From Burkholderiaceae bacterium (GTDB lineage Bacteria > Pseudomonadota > Gammaproteobacteria > Burkholderiales > Burkholderiaceae_C), in assembly GCA_051649325.1 (NCBI GenBank), contig JBOFGW010000290.1, forward strand, positions 1 to 33,174: DNA of 33,174 nucleotides, written 5' to 3'. Both the position numbers and the translations under genes were made by a program. The notes beneath the pieces are model-generated. The model did not search any database and was not told where the DNA came from. It saw nothing but the letters and a program-made list of their open reading frames with translations. Numbering within the stretch: position 1 is the first letter of the stretch; each line of letters starts with the position of its first letter. This document shows positions 8,961 through 18,220 of this stretch, piece after piece.

Positions 8961-9180
8961 CGTGGTCGTACAAACACGGAGGCATTGTGGCGTGCGGGAG
9001 CTGGAATCTACGCACAATCAATGCCTCCGAATTCACGAGATTGACAGCAGCGTCTGCAACGCTCGCTCAACACACACGTCAGTGCTGTGGCCTACTGTGA
9101 ACGATTGACCGCGTAATAGCTGCAACTTAAGCACAACCTCGTAATCCTGACAGTTCAACATCGACGCGGCTGTACCTCAA

Positions 9181-10491
9181 ATGAGTCCTCCATTCCTCGG
9201 AGGACTTATGTCTGTTATTCAAGAAATCGAAACCCACGCCCTCTCCACTCCTCACGCAAGCGCAGCGCCCGCAACAGTTGTCGTAGAACCGTTGCTACTT
9301 AATGCCCTGGAGCGACGGGTTGAAGAGAAGTTCATCTCGCGACGCAATGAACTCTGGACCGACAAATTTTTTGTGCAAGGCCTCACGCCCGGACCAAATG
9401 CTGTGCGGCTGGACGGAAATGACTATCTCGGTCTTAGTGGCCACGAGCACATTATTCGCTCGCAAGCCCACGCGTTACAGCGCAACGGCGTGTCAATGAT
9501 CCAGTCCAGCGTATTTCTGTCAGAGGAACATCCAGCACACGCATTCGAACAGCGCATCGCTAAATTTGTCGGAAAATCCAATGCGGTGCTGTGCCAGTCA
9601 GGCTATGCAGCAAACATCGGCTTGCTGCAGGCCATCGCAGACCAGAACACCCCCATCTATATGGATGCGTTGGCGCATGCGTCGCTTTGGCAAGGAGCCC
9701 TCATTGCAGGCGCGCCTACGCATATGTTCCGCCACAACGACGCCGAGCATCTGAGCAAACAGATCGAACGGCATGGACCCGGCATTGTGGTGGTGGATTC
9801 GGTCTACAGCACAACCGGCTCTGTCTGCCCCCTCGAAGCGATGGTGCAAGTGACGGAACAGCATGGCTGCATGATCGTGGTGGATGAATCGCATTCATTG
9901 GGTACGCATGGCCCGAGCGGACGCGGGCTTACGGTGGCGCTTGGTCTGCAAGACCGCGTGCATTTCATTACGGCAAGTTTGGCTAAAGCGTTCGCCGGCC
10001 GAGCAGGCTTTTTCACTGTTCCAAATCGCCTGCGTCACTATGTTTTGCCAGAGAGCTTTCCCAATGTTTTCAGCTCTTGTCTGCTGCCGCACGAGGTGAT
10101 TGGCCTAGCCGCAACACTGGATGTAATTGAAACCGCCGACATGGCGCGCACGCGCCTGTTTGCACATACCTGTAGGCTGCGCGATGGGCTTGCGCAAGCG
10201 GGCTACCCAATTGGGCAGGGTACCGAACAGATTATTTCACTTGAAGCCGGGCCTGAACTTCAAACAATGCAGTTGCGTAATTGCCTTGAAGAGCGAGGGG
10301 TATTTAGCGCCATGTTCTGCGCGCCGGCGACCAGCAAAAACCGTTCGATGATGCGCCTCACAGTCTCAGCCGCGTTGACCGATGCTGAAGTCGATCATGT
10401 GGTCAAGGTTGCGCAGGACATCGCGCCAATAGTGCAGCCGCAACAGTGGCCGATTGCCAAGCGCTTGAGTAATCACAAAAACCGCGATTGA
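9181..10491 (+). CDS. cqsA: CqsA/LqsA-like alpha-hydroxyketone autoinducer synthase (PLP-dependent alpha-oxoamine synthase family)
   Basis: The protein aligns with V. cholerae CqsA along its length: [14 protein letters not shown] vs [36 protein letters not shown] vs [39 protein letters not shown] vs [17 protein letters not shown], and [13 protein letters not shown] vs TASLAKTFAYRAG. An alternative start is ATG 9208, preceded by GGAGGA. Confidence 0.8.
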   Translation: [436 protein letters not shown]

Positions 10492-11423
10492 CCCGCAGGC
10501 ATTTGGCGAAACTGCGCGAAAGAAACGGCTTGCGGCAAGAGCACACTCTTTGCCGCAACCACCAGCGGATCCTGCAATAACGAGAACGCTGGGCGCGCGG
10601 CCACGCCGTCCTGCACGATGCCGGCCGGCAGCTCAGCAGCAAACAGGTGCGTACCCGCGCGCACCTGATCGGCAAGCGCTGCGGGATGGCCGGCTTCGGC
10701 CAACATTTCTGCGAGCTCGGCGAGTGACGCGGTAGTTTCCAGCTGCAGCCACTGCATCTGGCCGCTTGCTGTGATGCCCAGCACACCAAAAGGCTCGGGC
10801 AAAATGGCATGCTCCACCCAACCGGAAGACTTTGCCTGCGTATTGACTGCCGCCGCAAAGCCAGGATTGGCCAGCAACTGCTGCTGCGAAGACGAAAGCT
10901 TGAGCTGCAGCGCCTCGCCGGCCTGGCCCGCGCCTTCGCTGCGCAGCACGGACACCACGGTCGTCAAACGCTCAAGGCTATTGGGCGCATGCTTCGGAAT
11001 AAAGTGGTCAATCAAGCCGCGGTTAAACGCGTCCACCGCAAGTTGCTCGTCAGCCTGGCCGGTGAGCAGCACGCGCTTGCCGGGCCAATGTTTGAGCTGC
11101 TCAAGCACCGCAAGGCCATTCATCGCCGGCATTTGAAAATCCACTACCAACACGGTGGCCAGCTCAAACCTGGCGTGGCTGGCGTACAGATGGCTTGCCA
11201 ATCCCTCCAGCAGCGACCCCGGCGCCTCGCTCGTGGCGACCAGTTTGGCCATCGCCAATTTTTGGCTTTGCCAACGCGGGACTTGCGCAAGCAGATAGTC
11301 AATGCAGCGCTGCGGCTTTTGAAAATACTGGCAGACAAAATCATCCGGGACCGCGACCGAGAGTCCGTCCAAAAAATGGCGCTCATCATCCAAGAACGCG
11401 ACGGTGCCTGGATACTCAAGCAT
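10473..11423 (-). CDS. LqsR-like orphan response regulator. It has an atypical receiver domain and no recognisable DNA-binding output domain.
   Basis: Receiver features are VAFLDDERHFLDG, the phospho-acceptor-like Asp in TVLVVDFQMPAMNGLAVLEQLK, and the conserved K in DHFIPK, followed by about 170 aa of unique C-terminal sequence. It lies immediately downstream of the sensor kinase (6-nt gap, same strand). The ORF track start is 11462; the ATG at 11423 was chosen. Confidence 0.65.
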   Translation of the reverse strand: MLEYPGTVAFLDDERHFLDGLSVAVPDDFVCQYFQKPQRCIDYLLAQVPRWQSQKLAMAKLVATSEAPGSLLEGLASHLYASHARFELATVLVVDFQMPAMNGLAVLEQLKHWPGKRVLLTGQADEQLAVDAFNRGLIDHFIPKHAPNSLERLTTVVSVLRSEGAGQAGEALQLKLSSSQQQLLANPGFAAAVNTQAKSSGWVEHAILPEPFGVLGITASGQMQWLQLETTASLAELAEMLAEAGHPAALADQVRAGTHLFAAELPAGIVQDGVAARPAFSLLQDPLVVAAKSVLLPQAVSFAQFRQMPAGQSRFL

Positions 11424-12795
11424 GGAGATGTTCACGCACTTCGCTCCTTTCAGAACTGTCAATGGGCAGCGTCAGAGTGAATCGAGTGCCTGCGCCCTCT
11501 TGCGATTCCAGCGCAATGGTTCCGCCCGCGCGCTGGATCACCTGTTTGCAAAACATCAATCCAAGGCCGTGGCCGCTGGACTCATGGGTTGTAAAAAACG
11601 GCTCAAACACCCGCTCACGTACCGCCAGCGGCATGCCAATCCCGCGGTCGGCGAACACGAGTTTGCCGTGTTGGCCAGAGGTTGTGACCGTCACTGAAAC
11701 ATCGCCGAGCACCGGGTCGCGCTGTGTTGCCACTACGGCGCGCAGGGCGTTCTTGAGCAAATTTGTGATGACTTGCGCCGTCAACACTTTGGAGCCGCGA
11801 AACGTGTAGTCGGTAACCACCGACACTTCTACACACTGGGCGAGCGCTGCATCGGTAAACGGATATCCTGCAATCGCTTCCTGCACTACCTGGCCCATGC
11901 GCACGGACTCGCGCGCGCCTGTGGCGACAAGCAAGCTGGAATTACTGATCTGCGTATCGATCTGATGGTTCATCAGCCGCACCAGCTGCGTAATCTTCTC
12001 CACCTGCGGCTGCATGGCCGCCAAGCCGGAGACTGCAGCCGCGGCGTCCTTTGATTGCGCGAGACCAGAGAGTCTTTGATTCAAGGCTTGCCCGATCAAT
12101 GACAAAGTAGCCAGTGGCGTGCGCAGTTCATGTGCCATGATGGCCATGGTCGACAGCATGGAAAGCAGGCGCTGCCGGCGCGTGTTTGCAGCAGACAAGC
12201 CAAGCACGATACCGGACGCCCAAGAAAACAAATGCACTGGCCAGGTTGGTGCCAATGCCTGCAAAACTGCGGCCTCGGAGGCAAACTGCGACCATAGAAA
12301 CATGTTGATGAGCAGGCCCACTGCAACGCCGACGGTTGCAAGGCGCCAATCCGTCACGTAGTAGTAAAAGAAAATCATCGCCGTGACAGAGGCAAGCCAC
12401 ACCGCATCGCCGCCGTTGGCAAAATACATCCACCAAAAGAAAAACGGCAGGTTTACAAACGTGTTGAGTGAGAACACGCGCGCCGCCGTGCGGGAGAATG
12501 GCCGGTTGCACACCGCGGGCAAGAGCAGCGGCACGCCAAACAACATCATGAGCAGCCGCAGGCCCAGATTTTCATAGGGCTCTGGAATGACGAAGGTCCA
12601 AATGATGTAATACAGCGGATGGCCAACCAGGGTAATGGCGCCTACGATCTGTATTCGCAACTTGGATGGGCTGATGATCGGTTCGAGCGGCGCGTGTAGC
12701 ACTGCTTTTCTTGCACCTTGCGCGATCGCGCGTATTCGGGCGCCGAAGCTGAAATTGGATAGAGGCATCACCGTGGTTGCAGTGCGCGCGATCAT
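11416..12795 (-). CDS. cqsS: CqsS/LqsS-like membrane sensor histidine kinase (multi-TM N-terminal sensor, HisKA and HATPase_c domains, no receiver)
   Basis: The N-terminal multi-helix region contains PLYYIIWTFVIPEPYENLGLR ... LPFFFWWMYF, reminiscent of the CqsS sensor domain. The H-box is HELRTPLATL, the N-box is NLLKNALRA, and the G-boxes are DRGIGMP and GHGLGLMFCKQVIQRAGG. The ORF track extends to 13128, but that extension overlaps the LuxR gene on the other strand, so ATG 12795 (or 12768) is the likely start. Confidence 0.7.
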   Translation of the reverse strand: MIARTATTVMPLSNFSFGARIRAIAQGARKAVLHAPLEPIISPSKLRIQIVGAITLVGHPLYYIIWTFVIPEPYENLGLRLLMMLFGVPLLLPAVCNRPFSRTAARVFSLNTFVNLPFFFWWMYFANGGDAVWLASVTAMIFFYYYVTDWRLATVGVAVGLLINMFLWSQFASEAAVLQALAPTWPVHLFSWASGIVLGLSAANTRRQRLLSMLSTMAIMAHELRTPLATLSLIGQALNQRLSGLAQSKDAAAAVSGLAAMQPQVEKITQLVRLMNHQIDTQISNSSLLVATGARESVRMGQVVQEAIAGYPFTDAALAQCVEVSVVTDYTFRGSKVLTAQVITNLLKNALRAVVATQRDPVLGDVSVTVTTSGQHGKLVFADRGIGMPLAVRERVFEPFFTTHESSGHGLGLMFCKQVIQRAGGTIALESQEGAGTRFTLTLPIDSSERSEVREHLHA

Positions 12796-12848
12796 GTGAT
12801 TTGCGCAAAACGTGTTTGCATACAGAGGCCTCAGTATCACATATCTCC

Positions 12849-13529
12849 ATGCAATCAAGCGATGCAATAGCTGACAGGTGCGTATGGAGCGGTTTGCCGC
12901 CGCAGGTGACGCAAGCGCTTGCGCAAGCGGCGCACGCACGCGTTGCGGTCGTTCGGATTCCGTTGCAGGAAGCCGGCGGCAGCCACCATTGGCTTGCGTC
13001 GCACTGGCCGGAAGATGTGCGGGCAGTTGCTGCAGCAGCAATTGGCCAGCCACTGCTCTTTCCTGCGCTGTGGCCCGGCGGCGATGCGGCGCTGACGGCG
13101 CGTTTTTTGGTCGATACCGGGCACACAACCACGCGTAGCGGCCGCTTTCTGCGCGCGTGCCAGCATCTGCAACTGGCCTGCTGCGTGCGCGTGGCGATTC
13201 CGCTGCCGCTGGACGTGGCCTTGGAGTGCCTTTTGTATTTTGGCGATGCGAAATCGCAGTGGGCTACCGATGCGGCCTGCGGCGCGGCAGTGCTGGAGTG
13301 GCTGCCGCTTTTTCGCGGTGCGATGCGCACGCAGTCCAAGCTGCTCACGCCGCGCGAAGTGGAATGTCTGCGCATGGCCTTTGCGGGACTGACCGCAGGT
13401 GAAGTAGCAAGCCGCCTTGACTGTTCTGATCGAACCGTCAATTTTCACTACGCCAACCTGATGACCAAACTGGGCGTGAAAAACAAGCTTGCTGCTGCTT
13501 TGCTCGCGAGCTGGTTGGGGTTGATTTAA
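12849..13529 (+). CDS. LuxR-family (GerE-type HTH) transcriptional regulator
   Basis: The C-terminus, LTPREVECLRMAFAGLTAGEVASRLDCSDRTVNFHYANLMTKLGVKNKLAAALLA, is a canonical LuxR/GerE HTH. About 160 aa of N-terminal domain of unclear type precede it. The ORF track start is TTG 12777; the first ATG is at 12849. Confidence 0.75.
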   Translation: MQSSDAIADRCVWSGLPPQVTQALAQAAHARVAVVRIPLQEAGGSHHWLASHWPEDVRAVAAAAIGQPLLFPALWPGGDAALTARFLVDTGHTTTRSGRFLRACQHLQLACCVRVAIPLPLDVALECLLYFGDAKSQWATDAACGAAVLEWLPLFRGAMRTQSKLLTPREVECLRMAFAGLTAGEVASRLDCSDRTVNFHYANLMTKLGVKNKLAAALLASWLGLI

Positions 13530-13536
13530 AGTGCTT

Positions 13537-13602
13537 CTACGCAGTATCCATGCGGGTTTTGAGCCAAAAATATCTCAAAACCCGCATGGATATTGCGTAT
13601 TG
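13537..13602. repeat. Copy 3 of the palindromic repeat family (CTACGCAGTATCCATGCGGGTTTTGAGCC...CTCAAAACCCGCATGGATATTGCGTA)
   Basis: A near-perfect inverted repeat with arms of 24-26 bp and a loop of about 14 bp. It is intergenic, between the LuxR-family gene and the SDR gene. Confidence 0.85.
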
Positions 13603-13635
13603 TGCTTTTAGAATGCTGCAAAAGGATAGATTTAC

Positions 13636-14391
13636 CTAACCGCGCACATCCGCCACCGGCTCTGCGCCAAAGTCTGCGCGGTTCAGATAGGCAATGACTT
13701 TTTCGGCGGCCTGCGGCGGCGTCATCAACTGGCCTTCTGCCTTCATTTTCACGAAGCGCTCGCGATTGGGAAACTGCGCGGGGTCGCTGCCGCGCAGTTG
13801 CACTTGCATGTCGGTATCAATCACGCCGGGTGCGAGCGAAACGATTTTTGCGCCGTTCTTCTCCGCCGCCTGCTCCAGTGCCACCGCACGCGAATAGTGG
13901 TCCAGCCCGGCCTTGGCGGCGCAGTAGCTTGAGCTGCCGGCCAGCGCAAAGCGGCCCAGGCCGGATGAAATGTTGAGCACTTTGCGCGCGCCCGGCCAGC
14001 CTGCCGTTGCGCGCAAAAACACGGCGGTGAGCAGCATCGGCGCTTCAAGCCCGACGCGCAGCGCAGCACTGACATCTGCACCGTTTGCAGCGGCCAGCGG
14101 CCCCGGCGGCGCAAGCAGTGCAGCGTTGTTGATCAGGGTCACGCTGGCAAAGCGCTTGCCGTCTTGCGCGTGCAGCCAGTCCTCCAGCTGCTGCGCGGCA
14201 GTGTGTGGTTCGGTGAGATCAAGCGTCCACTGCTCACAGGTAGCGCCTTGCTCTTGGGCAAGCGCATCCAGCACGCTGCTGCGCTTGCGCGAAATGGCCA
14301 GCAACACGTGCTTCTCGCGCAGCAGTTGCTGCGCAATCGCTTCGCCCATGCCGCGCGATGCGCCGGTGATGATGGTGAGGTGTGCAGTCAT
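13636..14391 (-). CDS. Short-chain dehydrogenase/reductase (SDR) family oxidoreductase
   Basis: Cofactor motif TGASRGMGEAIA and active-site motif YCAAKAG (YxxxK). ATG at 14391; the ORF track start is 14454. Its 5' end overlaps the 3' end of the MFS gene. Confidence 0.85.
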   Translation of the reverse strand: MTAHLTIITGASRGMGEAIAQQLLREKHVLLAISRKRSSVLDALAQEQGATCEQWTLDLTEPHTAAQQLEDWLHAQDGKRFASVTLINNAALLAPPGPLAAANGADVSAALRVGLEAPMLLTAVFLRATAGWPGARKVLNISSGLGRFALAGSSSYCAAKAGLDHYSRAVALEQAAEKNGAKIVSLAPGVIDTDMQVQLRGSDPAQFPNRERFVKMKAEGQLMTPPQAAEKVIAYLNRADFGAEPVADVRG

Positions 14392-14431
14392 CGTGTCATC
14401 CAGTGTTTGATGTGTGCATGCTACCCGCGGA

Positions 14432-15637
14432 TCAAGATTTTTCGCGCAGCCCAAACGCCAAGGCCAGCAGCCCAGCCAGCGCCACCGCCGCCATCAGCAC
14501 CGGAAAGCCCAGCACGGGCGAAAGCTGCAGCGCAAAGCCGCCCACCACGGGCGCAACCATGCCGCCGGCGGTATACGCCATCACCAGCACGGCGGTGGCG
14601 TTCATGAGCTGCGTGTTTTGATGGCGATGGCCGATTTCAATCATCGACAGCGTATACAGCGCCCCGCCCGCGCCGCCCCACACAAACGCAATCAACCATG
14701 CAAGCCAGGTGGTTTCGCGCGCCAGCGGCAACAGCAGCGTGCCCGCGAGCGTGACCCATGCGCACGTCAAGAACACGGCGCGGCGCGGAAAGCGGTCGGC
14801 CGCCTCGCCAATCGGAATCATCATCAGCGATGAGCCCAGACCGCTCGCACTCACCAGGAGCGTGGCCGCGGCAACGCCAAAGCCTAAAGCCAAACCCCAG
14901 ACCGGCAGCAGGCCGGTAATGCCGGACTCAAAAAACCCGCCGACAAAACCCGCGATCATCACTACCGGCGCAGACTTCAGCGCCAGCCACACGCCGGAAA
15001 AACCCAAATGCCGCGCGTCGCCGCTTTTTTCATGGGGCAGATGCGGCACCAAAAACGACAGCGCAAAGCCCAGGATCACCAGCGCCAGCGCAATCAAAAA
15101 CGGTGCGCGGCCGGCCGTGCCCGTGAGCGCGAGCAGCGCCGGGCCGAGCACGAACGTAGCGCCGATCATGGTCTCGAACAGCCCCACAATCCGGCCACGC
15201 CGCGCTGCGGGTGCAAGCTCCGCCACCGTGGCTTCGGCCACAATCCAGCGCAGCGCGCTGGCCATGCCGCTGATCAGATACAGCGCGCTCCACAGCAGCA
15301 GCGAATTCGTCAGCACAATACCCGTCATGCACACCGCCGGAATCGCGGCAGACACAATCAGCGCGCCGCGTTTGCCCAGCCGCTCTACCCACGCGGCGGT
15401 AAACGGCGTGGCCGCACAAATGCCAAACCAGCCGGCGGCAGAGAACAAACCCACCAGCCCCGCTTCAACGCCGCGCTGCGTGAGGGTGACCACCAAGAGC
15501 GGCACCAGCATGAAGTAGCCAGTCAGCTCGATGAAGGTGGAGCCGAACACCGCCGCGAGGCCGCGACGGCGCAGCGCGGGCGGTAAAGCCGCGGCTTGCG
15601 TTGCACTGTCGGGGTTAGGCTGTCGGCTGGCGTCCAT
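14432..15637 (-). CDS. MFS-family transporter
   Basis: 401 aa with about 12 hydrophobic segments. MFS-like loop motifs are present. It forms an operon with the downstream SDR. Confidence 0.8.
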   Translation of the reverse strand: MDASRQPNPDSATQAAALPPALRRRGLAAVFGSTFIELTGYFMLVPLLVVTLTQRGVEAGLVGLFSAAGWFGICAATPFTAAWVERLGKRGALIVSAAIPAVCMTGIVLTNSLLLWSALYLISGMASALRWIVAEATVAELAPAARRGRIVGLFETMIGATFVLGPALLALTGTAGRAPFLIALALVILGFALSFLVPHLPHEKSGDARHLGFSGVWLALKSAPVVMIAGFVGGFFESGITGLLPVWGLALGFGVAAATLLVSASGLGSSLMMIPIGEAADRFPRRAVFLTCAWVTLAGTLLLPLARETTWLAWLIAFVWGGAGGALYTLSMIEIGHRHQNTQLMNATAVLVMAYTAGGMVAPVVGGFALQLSPVLGFPVLMAAVALAGLLALAFGLREKS

Positions 15638-15742
15638 GGCGGTGGCAGCACGCTCAAGGGCGCGCGTGTAGAAAATTCTCTTAATTAATAGGTGGATTGA
15701 TTACGCGCAAGCATCGTACCTGCGCGTTGCTTGCCGCTTGGT

Positions 15743-16165
15743 TCACTGCATGTATTTGTCCCAATAGCCATCCACCGGTTCAATCTGTTCAACCACGTCA
15801 ATCATTGTTCCGGCCGGGTCTTGGCAGGTGAACCGCAATTGGCCCCACTCTTCTTTGGTCAGCGGGTAGATGATTTTGGCGCCGCTTTTCGCAAGCGCGG
15901 CATGCGCGGCGCTGGCATCTTCTACCTGCACGGTGAGGATCATGCCTTTGCCCTCAAACGGCTCTGGTCCAGGCGGGCGCGTGGGGTGGTTGGGCGCCAT
16001 GAACGCGATGCTAAAGGCCGGCTGCTCGCCCTGCGCGGGGCGCTGCAAATACACAAACCAGTTGGCCTCAAAGCCCACCTGGGCGCCGAAGTGCTGCACG
16101 TAAAAATCGCGGCAGGCGGTCATGGCGGGCGTAGTAATGAGCGGATAGTGATCAACGATCTTCAT
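15743..16165 (-). CDS. VOC / glyoxalase-bleomycin resistance family protein
   Basis: The N-terminus reads MKIVDHYPLITTPAMTACRDFYVQHFG, and the motif GMILTVQVEDASAAHAAL is present. The ATG at 16165 has GGAG nine nt upstream. The ORF track start is 16240. Confidence 0.7.
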   Translation of the reverse strand: MKIVDHYPLITTPAMTACRDFYVQHFGAQVGFEANWFVYLQRPAQGEQPAFSIAFMAPNHPTRPPGPEPFEGKGMILTVQVEDASAAHAALAKSGAKIIYPLTKEEWGQLRFTCQDPAGTMIDVVEQIEPVDGYWDKYMQ

Positions 16166-16200
16166 AGCAAAAACTCCGGTTGACGTTGCGGTCGTGAAAA

Positions 16201-16252
16201 TACATACTGTCTGTATGCGTAACCTCAGATTAGGATACATACTGTCTGTATG
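16201..16252. promoter_or_regulatory. Two perfect 17-bp direct repeats (TACATACTGTCTGTATG) 18 bp apart, each with internal dyad symmetry (ACATAC-N5-GTATG). Candidate TetR operators in the TetR / VOC divergent promoter region.
   Basis: The copies lie at 16201-16217 and 16236-16252. The second overlaps the TetR start codon (ctgtATGtc). Confidence 0.55.
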
Positions 16253-16903
16253 TCAAGAAACCCGTCCTCCGCAATAACCCCGAGTCCGGTGAAAGAAACT
16301 GCCAAGGTGGCAGGAGCGCCGCGCTCTAAGGCGGCGCAATCGGCGCAATCCGTTCAGGCGCTGCTGGCCAGCGCGCGCACGCTGTTTGAAACCGCGGGTT
16401 ATGCAGGCACCTCCACCGAGGCGCTGCTGGCGCAGACCGGGCTGACACGCGGTGCGCTCTATCACCACTTTCGCGACAAAAAAGACTTGTTTGCCGCCGT
16501 GGTGGAGCAGATGCACCAAGAGCTGGCCGCTGCCATTGATGCCGCCACCCTTAACGTGACTGACGCTGCCGACGCACTGCGCAAAGGCTCGCATGCGTGG
16601 CTGCGCGCGATTGCGCAGCCCACCTACGCGCAAGTGCTGTTGATCGATGCGAGCGCCGTGCTGGGCACGCTGGACTGGCACGCCGCGGATGCACGCCACG
16701 GGTTTGCACAACTACTTGAAGGCGTGCGCGCGCTGGAAGGTGAAAGCGGCGCCAAAACCACCGCACGCACGGAGGCGCTGGCGGTGGCGCTCAACGGCGC
16801 GCTAAATGAACTGGCGCGCTGGGTAGCTGAAGACCGCACACGCTTGAACGCGGCGCTAAAAACGATTGATCGCTTACTGGACGCTGTGGCGGCGGACGCG
16901 TAG
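16250..16903 (+). CDS. TetR-family transcriptional regulator
   Basis: The N-terminal HTH reads ALLASARTLFETAGYAGTSTEALLAQTGLTRGALYHHFRDKKDLF. Confidence 0.9.
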   Translation: MSRNPSSAITPSPVKETAKVAGAPRSKAAQSAQSVQALLASARTLFETAGYAGTSTEALLAQTGLTRGALYHHFRDKKDLFAAVVEQMHQELAAAIDAATLNVTDAADALRKGSHAWLRAIAQPTYAQVLLIDASAVLGTLDWHAADARHGFAQLLEGVRALEGESGAKTTARTEALAVALNGALNELARWVAEDRTRLNAALKTIDRLLDAVAADA

Positions 16904-16919
16904 CGATTAAACGCCGCCG

Positions 16920-17390
16920 CTAAACCGGCCGGCCTTCCAGCGGATAAAGAACAACCACCTCACCGTCTTCCACCTCGCCATTGGGAACAAACCCGAGCGA
17001 CAAGTAAAACGGCCCCGGGCCGCCGGGCTCGGGCACATACGAGGTGTAGAAATAGTGAATGCCGGGACGGCTCTTTACATACGCGAGCACGAGGTGCATC
17101 ACCTCTTTGCCGATGCCTTTGCGCTGATACCGCTGATCGATCATCAACCGCCACAGGCCAATGTTGGGTTCGGGTGGAGGGGTTTTCTTGAGCGTTTCAT
17201 CCGAGAGCATGACAAAGCCCACCAGTTCATCGTCTGCATAGATCGCGCGGTACCAGGCTTCGTCGCTAAACAGCGCTTCGGACAGTGAAACCGCGTTGCT
17301 GGCCACAAAGCTTTCCTGACCCGGCGCCACCGCCAATTTGGTGACGGCGCGGACGGTGTCGCTCGTGATTTCGCGCAGGGTGATGTGCAT
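16920..17390 (-). CDS. GNAT-family N-acetyltransferase
   Basis: Acetyl-CoA-binding motif RYQRKGIGKEVMHLVLAYV. The length is 156 aa. Confidence 0.85.
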   Translation of the reverse strand: MHITLREITSDTVRAVTKLAVAPGQESFVASNAVSLSEALFSDEAWYRAIYADDELVGFVMLSDETLKKTPPPEPNIGLWRLMIDQRYQRKGIGKEVMHLVLAYVKSRPGIHYFYTSYVPEPGGPGPFYLSLGFVPNGEVEDGEVVVLYPLEGRPV

Positions 17391-17483
17391 GGCGCTACGG
17401 TAGCGGATGCGCTCGCGAGCGCATTGGACAAATGCGGCATTGTGTAAGCGGTTTGACAGAAAAAACAGCTCCTTAAAGCGGCT

Positions 17484-17547
17484 CTACGCAATATCCATGC
17501 GCTTTTTCAGCCATTTTTGCCTGAAAAAGCCCATGGATATTGCGTAG
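17484..17547. repeat. Copy 4 of the palindromic repeat family
   Basis: The sequence is CTACGCAATATCCATGCGCTTTTTCAGCCATTTTTGCCTGAAAAAGCCCATGGATATTGCGTAG. Confidence 0.85.
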
Positions 17548-17731
17548 AGGCATATTCAGCGGCGATATTCAGCACAGCTAAGCCACAAGTAGTCAGCTTG
17601 GCGGCGCGGCATTGCGCGCTGCCGCGCTTGGTCTGCGTTGACGAAATCTCAAAAGTTGCAGTTTTGTGCGGTCAGGGGGCGACATTCCAAGACAAGGTGC
17701 TAGACCTGCCACACGCAACCACAAATAATTC

Positions 17732-18127
17732 GTGAAAACACCAATGTCTTGGACAAACCCTATGCCTGCACAGCCCTACATCGACAACATTGGCGCCATC
17801 AGCGGTGTGCGCGGGTGCGCGCTGGTAGAAATTGCATCAGGCATGGTGTGGCATACCGCGGGTAGCTTTCCCGAATTGGAACGCATGGGCGAGACCGCCA
17901 GCGAATACTGGCGCCTGCACGACCGCCTGGCCCATAACCTCGCCAGCCTGGGCGCGCCAGCGGTGGGTCTGTTTGCCTTTGCGCGCGGCATGCTGGCGCT
18001 TGAGCCATGCAGCCAAAAACTGGGCGTGCTGCTGGTAGCGGTGGTCGATCAAGGGCAGATGGATTGGGCGGCGTGGCGCGAGCACACCGACAAACTCAAA
18101 GCGCATTTGGAGAGCCGCGCTTTTTAG
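17732..18127 (+). CDS. Hypothetical protein, possibly a Roadblock/LC7-like fold
   Basis: 131 aa. The ISGVRGCALVEIASGMVWHTAG ... GVLLVAVVD pattern is reminiscent of Roadblock/LC7 (MglB-like) proteins. It lies immediately upstream of a clear Roadblock gene. Confidence 0.45.
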   Translation: MKTPMSWTNPMPAQPYIDNIGAISGVRGCALVEIASGMVWHTAGSFPELERMGETASEYWRLHDRLAHNLASLGAPAVGLFAFARGMLALEPCSQKLGVLLVAVVDQGQMDWAAWREHTDKLKAHLESRAF

Positions 18128-18220
18128 CGGACAGAACAAGGCAACTGGTTTCCGCGGCTAGGATGCGCGGGGTACGGAAATCACATTTAACTTCGCGCAT
18201 AGATATTCAAGGGGATAGTC

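Noticed and set aside
9181-10491. Annotating the PLP enzyme as BioF (8-amino-7-oxononanoate synthase)
   Set aside because: It belongs to the same alpha-oxoamine synthase superfamily. However, the specific motif matches are closest to CqsA, and it sits beside a CqsS/LqsS-like kinase and an LqsR-like regulator rather than bio genes, which favours the autoinducer synthase call.
11416-13128. The ORF track extends the sensor kinase to 13128 (570 aa) with a 110-aa Arg/Ala/Pro-rich N-terminus
   Set aside because: The extension has no hydrophobic or sensor character. It fully overlaps, on the opposite strand, a LuxR-family gene with a textbook HTH. The conserved CqsS-like sensor domain begins only after the ATG at 12795 (or 12768), so the long form is an ORF-caller artefact of high GC.
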